DNA of 60,521 bases, counting the filler, from Sphacelaria rigidula (taxonomy: Eukaryota): the NCBI GenBank assembly GCA_964200075.2. It is 9 parts of 9 records of this genome, joined end to end, with 100 filler letters (N's around TTAATTAATTAA, not from the genome) between each part and the next. Parts side by side here need not be neighbours in the genome. Positions count along the whole stretch, not along the records: positions 6,738 to 13,373 come from CAXNAA020018922.1; positions 13,474 to 20,109 come from CAXNAA020018923.1; positions 20,210 to 26,845 come from CAXNAA020018924.1; 6 more parts are not named here. One strand, 5' to 3'. The notes below the pieces were generated by a model. It was not told the DNA's origin. It worked only from the letters and a program-made list of their open reading frames with translations, and searched no databases. The position numbers and the translations under genes are program-made. Below, one piece after another: positions 11,295 to 22,586 of the stretch; the first letter of the stretch is position 1, and the number at the start of each line of letters is the position of its first letter.

Positions 11295-13373
11295 CTGCTC
11301 AACAGACGGATCGACAGCGCAGTAGGCGTTTCCATTTGTTACGAACGACCAGCGCTGCAGATGTTGGACACTCAGGACCTTCATTGTACGAGTTAACGCC
11401 AACAAACACGCAATAGTTGTCGGAGGAGTACACCTACGCCCCGATACGAGAACTGCCTACACGGCACAATGGAAATAATTTTTTTAATTAAATGCCCGTT
11501 ATTATACCTGGGCAACGCCAAGAGCAATGCTGCCTCCTCATAAGTACTTCAGGCCACCACAACCCATAGCTGCACACCATATTATGTGATGTCGAGCAAA
11601 TCAAAAGGATGACTCTTTCGAACGAAGCGCGGCCGGCTTGCCGCCGATACCCTCACATCGACTGCCTGAAAGGGGGCACGATGATGCACAAGGGGAGGAT
11701 TCCCGCAGCCTGCACGGGGTGGCCGGTAATCTATTCCACAAGGCCAGCGTAGCGACCGTACTCTCAAAAATTGACTACCTACTACTACCACTACGGCAAG
11801 CCGCCAGATCTTGATCATGTGTTCGGAAGGATAGAGCCGACAGACGACGCGAAAGCAAGGTACTGGTCTACGCCTGGCACTGGGGTCCTAGCGATATGGA
11901 GAGCGCCAGTGTTCGACTGCGCCGGGATCCTCCTACCGAAAGGGTACGCCTTCATGAAGCGGAGGTGTCTCGGTAGTCAGCCTTACCATGCCGTGAGATG
12001 AGCATCATGCAAAACAGGGGGGGGTAGGAACACTAACAGCCCTCGCAGCAGTCAACGCATCCACAAAATGTATCGAAGCAGCTGGATACCAGGAACGCTT
12101 TGGAGAGCGCGAACCCGTTCATGGCCTGCCGCGAGTACCGGACGGACACTATCGTCCCGGCGGAAAGCTCCGAGACGGCGATATGCTGGCCTAGCGCGAG
12201 AAAAGACTCCTGATCGACATGATATTTGTCGACCCGCAGTCAGCGGGATATATGCAGCAAGGTAGCGCTATCATCGGGAGCTAAATCACCGCCACTTTTA
12301 AGACGGGCAAAGGCACACATTGTACTCTGCGCCCGGCAAGAACGGGTGCCCTTCAACCAGGACATACTCAAAACTAACCACTCTCGCGGCGGACAGCTTT
12401 CGGCATTTCGATAAATACTGTAAGGAAACGCCTAGACGGGAGGTAAACGGCGTTCTTGGGGAACGGGAGAGTAATGGAGTACCCCCCACAAGAAAATATA
12501 TCCGGGGTGCATAAAGCAGGCGATTTCGGTGACAAAACAGGTCGCAAGTCGTGGGCGTGTCCGACGATACTGTTCAGCGATGCGGGACAGACACGAATCA
12601 CCAGGCTAATTCCTCGGTCCTCGGATGTGGAGATGGAGTTTGGCGACGCGATGATACTGCACTCACAATAAATTTGTATTTCATGGCATAGATTTCACAC
12701 AACGTCAGACCGACGAGACACTCCGACAGCAATCTAGTTGCACTTCGCAAGCTGTGATTCAGTCTCCGTGAATACAGCAAGAGACGAAGGTATGAGGAGG
12801 GGTATGACGATAGCACGCCACTTCTCGTTCAACTGGGTTCGTATATTGCTCTAGCTGGGACGACCGAGCTTTGCCCATGACGTTGTTTTTCGTTGATTGT
12901 CGCACATTAACCGAACCCTAGGAATCCAGCCGTGGTCACAACATAGACCTAAGCAAGGTAAAAGGGACCGCTCTACTCGCTATTATAATAAGAGCTCGAG
13001 GGGGGGGGGGGCGTACTCGTTCGTTGCTTGCCTTCGTAGTTGTTTGACCGTTGACCACGCATCCCTTCGACACGGAGCACCGTTCCTACTCCTAACAGAC
13101 ATCTCCAACATTTCGGTGCTCATTACGTTTCTTCCATACGCTACATAAAGCCTGTTACATATCTTGTCCCCGTCCTGTTTCGCCGTCTGTGGTCACCATC
13201 TGTCTCCTAGTACCATCGTTTTCTCCCTACTCACTAATGCATCAAACGATTCCATCCCACCTTTGCTCACGTCCCGCAATTCCCCCTCTAGCACGTGAAG
13301 GGGGGCGGAAGGGCGGGCGTGTAGGGATAGCGTGTAGATGTCGGTGGTCGCCGTAGCAGTGAAAAAAAAATAG

Positions 13374-13473
13374 NNNNNNNNNNNNNNNNNNNNNNNNNNN
13401 NNNNNNNNNNNNNNNNNTTAATTAATTAANNNNNNNNNNNNNNNNNNNNNNNNNNNNNNNNNNNNNNNNNNNN
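13374..13473. other. Artificial contig spacer
   Basis: 44 N + TTAATTAATTAA + 44 N. Confidence 0.98.
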
Positions 13474-14277
13474 GCCCAGACACGTGGAATGGCGCAAAAA
13501 ATGCGTGGATACCCCTTGGACCAGCGGTCAACTGTCCTCTCCCTTTTGGGCCATCAGGTCGAATAAATCGTGGATTTGGTGATTCTTAGTCGTGACGATT
13601 CGTCCTAACCGTGTGTTATCTTCTGGTTGTGTCTCCTCTTTTGCGAAGCTGGCGGCTGAGAGTTTCTGCCAACTACTTAGCGCGGTCTCCAGATAAATGG
13701 GTCGAAGCCTGCTACCATGGCATTGCTTCATGCAGGGCCTCCTTACTCGAAGTCCTGGTTGAGGCGTGTCGAGGGTGCGAGGATTCGCCGATCCTGGTAC
13801 CGTAGCCCCCCGCGTCAATGCATACTGTTTATCTTCTCATTCCCCTCTCCACCTTTGGGCCCTTCTCTCGAGATTTCTCTATTTTAGCAAGGTTATGGGT
13901 TCCCCCACCTCGGATACGTACGTCCTTCCGGTGACCGTGGGACTGGGTTCGTAGAGGATCAGTGGAGATGCGATAATCAAAGGAACAGCCATACCACGTC
14001 GATAGCACCACATCCCGTCGGGCCAGGCTAATACTACGGTGGGGGACTACGTGGGAAGCCCTGGTGCTGTTCTCACCACCAAGCCCCGGTGGCGTAATGG
14101 TCCGACTGTCGCCATTGGGGCAGAGAGAACGGGGATTCGATCCCCGATGCGTCGGGTTTTACTTCGTAATGTAAGATTCCACCGTGGAATGCGTGAGAAC
14201 GTGAGGAAACGAAGTAGTCGACTGGGTGTGTGCGACGTGAATTGACGCGGTGCGGGAGTGCTGACCCAATCCGCGAG

Positions 14278-14393
14278 TCCAAAATGAAAGACGCGTACCA
14301 GGGGGGAGAAGGGTTATTCCCTTGAGACCACGGACTCATCCCAAGAAAGGAGAGGGGTTCAAAGTGTGAGGAAAGAAAAGAAAAAAAAAAAAA
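14278..14393 (+). mobile_element. A-tailed 3' end of a retroposon family (also at 53888-53991, and more diverged at ~47528-47575)
   Basis: CCAAAATGAAAG..GTACC..CCCTTGAGACCACGGACTCATCCC..GGTTCAAAGTGTG followed by an A-rich tail in two contigs. Confidence 0.7.
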
Positions 14394-14479
14394 TCATTCG
14401 ATCATTGGTTGCAGGTACCCTATCCGGAAAAAACCATGTTTCTGTGGTATCCACACGGTGTAGGTGGAGGGGAGGCACT

Positions 14480-16245
14480 ATTGAAAAAATGAGGGCAGAC
14501 GACAGCCTTCAGGTAAAACCTGGAAGTTTTTTCGGTCATAAACTGGTACAGTCCGCATCACGATATCAAGGATCCCAAATTTCCGGCCACGGGATCGTCC
14601 AAAACAGCTGCATGACTGCTGACGAAACAACGCCATGGACTTGTGTGTTTGTCTTGTTTTCTTTTTTCGCCGATCTGAGCTATACCCGATAGTCTCTTCT
14701 CTCCTACGAAATCTGTACCTGAATCTGACCGAAATTGTACCTGTTTCCGGCCTTTCGCGGGAAATTACTGAATGAAGTGCCGCATTTTTCACCGTTCTCA
14801 CAGTGGCAAAAGCAACGATGGTTGTGCACGCTCTTCGGACAAGGCATGTCCAAAAGTAACCCACGAGCAGGAAAGGTGTTTCGATTAGCGAAACTCGTGC
14901 AATTGTTAGACTTTTTGAGTCGGGGTGTGCCTGTCGTTGTGCGGCTACCGAGTTAGCTCACGACAGGCAACTCATGTACGGACAAAAACAGAATCGGGTG
15001 CAAAGACTGTCAGCAAGGAAGAGTCATGCACACCACAGCCCTATAAAAGTCATGCACCCAATACCCTTACGACCGGCGGTATCCGATCAAAGCGGGACAG
15101 CAGGCGTAAAGGTAGCACGATTGACTCCAGTGTGGTCTATGGCAAGGCATGTGCATGTGTGTCTAAGGCACAGTACGGCACAGTACGTTGCCGCACAGTA
15201 TATATGATGCACTTACAAAAGATATCAACAGTAGTGCACCATGGGGTGCAATCTGAAACCGTCGGTACTGTCGATCATTGAGTTATGCAACCCCCCCCGT
15301 ATCCATTACGTTTCCCGCCAGGCCAATGCAGTTCGTTGCGGCCAGCACGATGCCATACGACACAGTGTAGTCCATCCAGCACTGCGCAATACAAACAGCA
15401 TGGTGCAGCGGTGAAGCCCTTGTGCTTGTGGTTCGGTTGTAAAACGATTCTCATCTGAGGCAAAACGCCTCCGTGCTCTTCCGTGACGACAGATGCAGGT
15501 CTGCGTGTGTAAGACCTAACATGCTTAGTGGTGGTTTATTTTTGTACGTGCCGTCGGCGCGGCAATGCGCAGTGTCGACGTCCCTACATGTGTTCGTATC
15601 TTGTACACTATACAAGTGCTTGTCACCGACGACACTATATCCTATCGTCTGCTGTTCCGTCTCGATGGGTTAGCGCCGGCCGCGTTCATCTTTTTCGGGG
15701 TCTCGGGGTGCAGGTCTCTCTACTGTTTGGTACTCTTTGCATCCGATGATATACGTCCGTGAACGGGATGCCTGTCGCGGGCAAGCACGGTAGCCGAGCA
15801 GCGAACGGCGACAGGCAATCTTCGGCACCAAGGATCAAAATAGTTGCACAAGGTTCAGAGATCGGAACACATGTCCTGCTCGGGGGTACCGTACCCTCGG
15901 ACGAGAGTGCCTTGTGGGGTAAAACTCGAACGTGGACGGCCATCGTTGTTTTGCCATTATTGGAAAAACGGAAAATGCGGCACTTCAGCTTCATGCGAAG
16001 CACCAGGAACAGGCACAATTTTCTCGCCAGGTTTAGGTACATGCTGGAGTTCAGGTCCAGGTTTGGTAGGAGATAAATAATGACCAAGTATACCTGCGGT
16101 ATTTTTTGCCGGCAGCAGTTACACGGTTGTTTCGGCCGATCACGTGGCCGGATATCTGGATGTTTTGTCTTGTGGTGTAGCCTGTACCCGTTCGTGGCCG
16201 AAAACCATCCAGATATACCTGAAACTACCGCCTGCCTTTTTCTAC
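14480..16245. repeat. Large degenerate inverted repeat (arms ~14480-15110 and ~15640-16245)
   Basis: Three collinear blocks match as reverse complements, e.g. TGAAGTGCCGCATTTT..TGGCAAAA.CAACGATGG and TCCGGCCACG.GATCG.CC.AAACA. Confidence 0.7.
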
Positions 16246-19200
16246 TTGATCAAATATACTGTGACGTAAAAATGGGGAAAATATCGCCCACGTAGGTTCG
16301 CAAAAAATTATCTACTCGTACGTTATCATCCAGGAGGTAAATACTTCGACACGGGTGCAGTGTTACGCCGGGGAACTTGTTCTTTTTTTATTGTAGTCTT
16401 GTAAACGCCTCCCCGAAAAACGGTGAAAAACGGTGAATGATGGCAAATGTCCTGATTTCACAAGGATCGTCCGCACCAGCTGTGCATGCAGCAGCGGCCC
16501 AGACAGCATCGCCCAGGTAGAAGGAGCATGCGCGTGGAGGATTGGGGTATGTTGATATATAGGTAGGCAAAATCTCTTGCAGATTGCAATGACAAAAGTG
16601 TTCTATGCCGGAAGTTATAGCAGAAACCGTCCTGCCCAGGGTGAACGCCACCCCCCCCCTGTGAAACCTGATCTCCGGTGTTATGGGAGAGCACTGCGCT
16701 CGCGTAACACCACCGGCAGAGACGCAGAGAACGGTTTGGACATCTGAACAAAGCATCAGTTCCAGTGCAAAAGGATTTAGTGAAATCCATTCATGTAGCA
16801 GATGAAACGAGTTGACTAAAGTTTGAAAAGTTTGAATTTTGCTCCGCACCAGCACATGGGTGCTGCAAAGAGGCCCCTTTCCGTTGTACAAGCTGTTCAT
16901 CCCAGTCCAGTATAGCCCCGCGCGGTGCAATACCATGCACCCCAGCGCAGCACAGTACGTCACAACGCATGCAACGAAGTGCGGTGCAGTATAAAGAGTA
17001 TTGTACAGCCTGTGTAGTGTTATGTTCGGGTATGAACTGCGCCGGCTGGCAGAAGAAACACTGTGTACAGTACTACTGTACTACGTGATACGTAAATGGC
17101 GGCCGTGACCATGCATCAAGATTCACGACGTTGCGACATGCGGCCCTGGGAAATGTGTAATTCGGGGGGTTGTGCGCTCGTTGGAGAAATGTACCACACG
17201 CGCCTGGTGCCCTTTAGGGCACGACGATCGCACGGCACGTTGAAAACGTGCACCCGGGTTCCAACGACCACCAACGTGGAGGAACATCAACGGAGTGTAC
17301 AGAGCGCGGCAGGTGTCGAGAAACTCTTGCCTAGAGCGAGGCTCGGCGTCTCCTTTTCTCTCCGAATCCAGCAGACATGCTGAAATCCACTTTTTTTTCG
17401 ACGAGGTGCAAGACGCCGAATGCTTCAGCCTCAAATTCTTCTTTTGCACAGGCATAGGAGGAGCGGGCATCCAAGGTACTCCCCTACTCTTACCCTCTGC
17501 CAAAAGGGACTGCAGGATCAGTGCTGTACCGTGCGCTAGCAGTAAGCGAGCAGTACGTAAACCATTCTTGTTCTTACAGACAAAATCGGAACAAATACAG
17601 TGCAGTATTATTGAAGTTTGGTACAGATTGTCATTATCCATGGGGTGTCCCAGTAGAGATCAGTCATGTCTGCCAGCTTAAGAGAGGAGGCAGCTTCGCT
17701 GGAGGGCTGATGTAGCCATAGCGGTTGTGAAGGCAGGTTCTTATTATCCTGAGGTGCAGTTCATTGTTGCAAATTTTTACCTGCCGACCCTCTTGCACTT
17801 TCCGACTTCTTATTCTTATTTTCCCCTTGAGCTCGCCACGAATGCTTACCAGAAAATTCTTAAATTTAGAAGAAAAAAAAAACGGGCCGAAGATTATTAC
17901 CTACGAAATTTCTAACATCGGTCGCTCCTGTAATGGTACATAAATTTCGAGTTGGGAAATTGGACGTTACAACAATACGATGCGATGATCGGATGCGGCG
18001 ACCATGACAGATGATGATGCAGCAAGGAAAACTCCATTGTCGGTGGACCTCGCAGCACGAGAACCGCAATGTTGGAGGCACCTGGAATCAAAAGCATTGG
18101 TGTGCAATCCATCCCCACCCACCCCCCGGTTTATTTGCTGACCGTAGGTGCGGAAGATCCCCAAGACTCACACTTGGGATGCCACGTGTGGAGCACTTCT
18201 CAGGCGCCAGTCGGGGCAGTCCGAACGTGAGATACGGCACCGCAATCGATCTCGAGGTGAGAGCACCTCAACGCACTTGATGCAGTAATACCGCGGGAAG
18301 AGTAAGTGCTGAAGATCGCGGGCACCTGACTACATTACACTCGTTCCCGCTGATGATTTTGGGTGTTGAACGGAATTGAGTATGCATACATTTCGGAATC
18401 ATCTATCGTTATTGCGTATACTCCGGACAGGTTGTGAAGTGCCTGCACCATTCCCAGCGCTATCCCGTCTCACATATACCACATCCGCGGTTGACAGCGG
18501 ATCTCGATCGGCACACTCCGAACGTACAGCGCCGGTGGGAAATCTGAGGGACATCGCCGGGGGTCACGCCGGCGAAGTGGGCGGAGTGCGAGAGCGGCTG
18601 AGCCCCCCATCATCTGGAAAAGAGACGGTGACTGTACTGTTCTCTGCCTGGGAGGCGTCAATAGCGTCGACCGATGGCGCATCTGTAGAAATCAGGGGTC
18701 GGCGGAAGGGTGCAACAACCGTCGGAGTGCAGAGCGCAACAATCTTGAATGTCAATCGGGCGGGGAAGGCACGACTTGTGGAATGTCGACTGCTTCGGCG
18801 TCCGAAAACAACACGCGGGAGGTATCGTCGTGGAATCCGCCGGCGGTACCTTTCAAGGGCGTGGGTAATATCCCCCCAAAACTGGGACAGCTGCCGGTGG
18901 TGGGCTCGTCGAGGTGCAGAATTCAATACCGTCTTCCAAGGCGAAACAATGACGTACCCCGCCCAAGTCCGGCAGAGGCACACCCCCGCATGCTCACGAA
19001 CGGAGATCGAGTCAAAAGACGACGGCGAAAAATCACCCGGAGGTTGATAGCGCGTGGGGAGCATGGGATGAACAACAGCAGGCTGCATTGCAGCACAGAA
19101 ATGGGGTGAAGGAAAATCCACTCGTGGTACAACACTATCACGGTGAAACACCAACATCCGCATCCCCCCACACAGCAGAACGAGGACCGGTTCCAGGGTC

Positions 19201-20109
19201 ACCGGGAGGGTATTCCACCCCATCGGGACGAAGTAACAAGCGACCAGGCTCACCGCGCTCGTTGACACCAACAACTTCGGACGCATCAGCGTCAAAATCG
19301 AAGCAGAAGAGTGAGAAGGGAGAAGGCTACCGTTGTTGCAACCCCCGGGGTCGACGCGGGGGGTGTCAACACCTCATCTGCGGCGGGTTCGGGACGAGAA
19401 GAAATAGAGCCGGGGCCAATGAACGGGGCTGCCAACGCGGTTATAAGAAGTCCCGAGCACCGGTCACCACAATCCGATGCTGATCGTGGTGAACGTAGCG
19501 CGCGCGGTGCAAGAGGGAGGATGCCAATGCGTCGCCGTAGTTCTCAAGTTCCCCCCGGAAATCGTGATAGCTGCAGGAGCGATATTTCCGCGCCGGTGAG
19601 ATCTGACCCGGTTATTGGTGAAAGGGGGCGTGGAAAACCTAAGCGGGGATGTGGTCGCGATGTGTATGGCATGCAGGTCCCACTCGTCGACGGCGCATGC
19701 AAGGATTGTTCTCCTTGCGGTCGGATACACGTTCCGGTATCGCGGCTGTGCTTCGCGTGTCATCGACCAGGTCCCGGCGAGGGCAACATCTGGCGTCATC
19801 TTGGCGCGGCACGAGTACCTAAGGCTCGGCTATTTCTGGGATTATGTGAAGATGGTGATGATGTGCGCCCGGCTGCGCTTCTGCAGAACTATCAGCCTAG
19901 TTAAGATTGCTTATGCAGTCGGCCTGATTGTTTGCTGCGCTTCCTTGAGCGACACAAGTTCAAGGTCAGGAGTGATAGACGGAAGGCAAAGTCCGTCCGC
20001 CCGCTTTGCTCCACACCTCCGACCGTTGGCTCAACCCCCCCATCCGCCCTTTGGTTGATGTCGAACAAAAGTACGGTAGGATGGGAGGACTATACTAAAG
20101 CTCGGAAGG

Positions 20110-20209
20110 NNNNNNNNNNNNNNNNNNNNNNNNNNNNNNNNNNNNNNNNNNNNTTAATTAATTAANNNNNNNNNNNNNNNNNNNNNNNNNNNNNNNNNNN
20201 NNNNNNNNN
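20110..20209. other. Artificial contig spacer
   Basis: 44 N + TTAATTAATTAA + 44 N. Confidence 0.98.
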
Positions 20210-21577
20210 TTTCTTCTTTCAACGACCATCTGTCTCGAAATTTCGAGCAACAAATGGCCCAAAATACCCCCCCCTATCGTAGGACGACTCACTTACCAAT
20301 CACCAAGTATAAATCATCGCGTCGCATCACCCGTGACATTCCTAAAAACGAGTTTGGTCACACGCGGCAGGATTCGCAAAACAAAATAGGCCAAGTGTTC
20401 TAGGCTTGAGGGTCAGGAACGTGGGAACACTGATGGCGAAATTTCCGACATAGACGCAAAAAGCAAAACCAAAATAAATACAAAACCAGGGGCACGCTGG
20501 GCAACAGCGAAAACGAAATATCCGCAACAAGCAGAAAAACAACACGTGGCAACCGTCCTTGTAGAAGTGAGCGGTTATCGTGTGTACGAAGCAAGTGGGG
20601 TCAAACGTTTCAGCCAAGAAGATCAAGGTATCTGAGGCACTCGGCTTCGGTTACTATCGCTCATGTTAATATAAAACTCAACGTGGTACGCATACAAAGG
20701 AGGGACACGTCACGAACGATCCCGAGGAGGGAGGCGGCATTCGCGTACGGGTCGATTGAACAAGAGCGCAAATATTCCAGACGTGGGCATCAGGTATGGC
20801 AAGCGCTCGCTCCGGAAACTCTTCATCAAAAACAAACAAATAAACAATAAAGACAATGTAGTAAACAAAGCAAGACAAAAAGTGCGTACAATGAAGAAAA
20901 ATGAAGAAAAATATAACTCGTGGCAACTGTTTCAGTGGACGGAATGGTTGTGAATGTACGGCGCGGGGGACGGAGGTTCAAGGTCGACTCGGGGTCAGGA
21001 ATGGAACGGTCGTCACTTGTACTTTGCCAGATAAACCCAGGAATAACCAAGAAAATTATTCATTGGACACAAAAAATTGAAACAAAGCACGACGCGAAAG
21101 GAAAAGGAAAGAAGGGAAGAAAAAAAACAAAGACAAAAAAAAAATCAAAACAAATTGACGCGAAGGCAAAAACAAAACACAAACACAAAGCCAGGGTCCA
21201 AGGCAACAAAAAATAAAACACATCACAAAAAAAACGAAATTAAAAAAACAAAAAACGAAATTCAAAAACAAAAGACGAAATACAAAATACAAAACACAAC
21301 ATCAACCATTACAAGTACGGGGCTAATCAGTACGAAAAAAAACATGAAGGGGGGGGGGGGGGGGAACACATGGTTTTCCAAGGATGCTACGGTGCAAGAC
21401 AAGCGACTCGAACGTGGTACACTACGCAAGGTGAATGAGGAAGCAGACTCGGATGCGGCATCATGAGTCATCTGCATCCCAAGCGGTGCCCGTGTTCTGT
21501 AGAACCGGTGTTTCGAGCTCGCCTTGGTCGTGTCGTTGGAGGCACCAGGATCCCCTCCGAGCGGTCGGCTCCTCGGT

Positions 21578-21733
21578 GTAGCAAGCATCATCCAAGCGAA
21601 TCTTAAGGGGGCTCGGGTCATCGAGGAAACGGATCAAGTAGGAGTGGTCAGACGCAGGATCGACGAAATGAAGTTTACCCAACCACCACAGTGAATCCAA
21701 GGCCTTATACCAAAAGTACGCCCCTTTCGGCAA
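21578..21733 (-). pseudogene. Tudor/PWWP-like module at the extreme C-terminus of pol
   Basis: LPKGAYFWYKALDSLWWLGKLHFVDPASDHSYLIRFLDDPSPLKIRL has Royal-family spacing. It is separated from the chromodomain ORF by one stop/frameshift near 21780. Confidence 0.5.
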
Positions 21734-21896
21734 TCGTTTTCCGTGAAAACATTGCATGTATTTTGAACGTGAAAAAAGGCTAGCCTGTCACAACAAACCG
21801 CGCTGAGTGTTCACGTGCCAGTTCCCGAGCGGCAGCTCCCTTGCGCATCGACCGATATCTTTTATTCAACGGGCGGTGTTGGGCGGTATCTCCTAC

Positions 21897-22052
21897 CCAG
21901 TACAGCAATATTTCCCGATGAAAATGACGCAAGTCAACTTCACGCTCCCATGTAACACGCATGATACCCTTCCAATGTGTTTGATAAATTACCGCTATCT
22001 TACCTCCACGACCGTGAACAAGTTGATGACCCGAAATCCTATCTACCTCAAC
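21897..22052 (-). pseudogene. Integrase chromodomain (group II-like)
   Basis: VEVDRISGHQ..GRGGKIAVIYQTHWKG..VTWEREVDL. The first and third aromatic-cage positions are V and I. Confidence 0.85.
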
Positions 22053-22381
22053 GCGTTCCAGGGGTGCGTCCGCATCTTCTACCGTCATATGATACGGCGG
22101 AGTTTGGATCGCATACTTGGTCAACACATGCTGGCTAAGCCCTAGCGGCAGTTGTTTGGGCATGTCAGAGGAGTCATGAGGGGGGATACACGGTTTGCAT
22201 CGTAGCATCGAGACGCGATGTTTCGGTTTCAAATCAGGTTCATCCGTGGGAAAATCTAAATACAAAATTTTCGCTCCTACCGGAATCTTGTCGAGTGCGG
22301 TAGCGCTTGGACCAACAGCTAAAATTTCACAAGGACCAGTCCAATCCAAGGATAGTTTTGCCTTCAACACTTTGTCCAAAG

Positions 22382-22586
22382 GACACTTTCTACGATAGCC
22401 CCCCCCCAGAAGTGCATGGTTTTGGGAGGCAAAATCTTCACGTNNNNNNNNTTGGGTTCGTTCTAGCCAATGTCGCCACTATGAGGCGCTTCATGTAGCC
22501 TGAGCCCGAACATGAAGCGCTGTATGGCCATTTTTCTCGTGACACTTTTAGCTGGTTTTGGGGGGAGGGCTATCGTAGAAAGTGTC
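22382..22586. mobile_element. TIR DNA transposon insertion (interior collapsed to an N gap), 4-bp TSD AAAG
   Basis: AAAG|GACACTTTCTACGATAGCCC...GGGCTATCGTAGAAAGTGTC|AAAG. Removing it restores integrase continuity (SKSSSL-DKVLKAK). Confidence 0.92.

Noticed and set aside
11500..13373. Possible decayed gag-like element or upstream DRC3 exons
   Set aside because: No LRR-coding exon or diagnostic retroelement motif could be read with confidence.
18376..19904. Several overlapping 130-240-aa ORFs on both strands
   Set aside because: GC-rich stop-poor sequence with no motif; probably a decayed repeat.
20920..21466. Lys-rich ORFs (and Phe-rich ORFs at 39122-39872)
   Set aside because: Translation of the A/T-tract 3' non-coding region of the Gypsy element; the frames are not conserved between copies.
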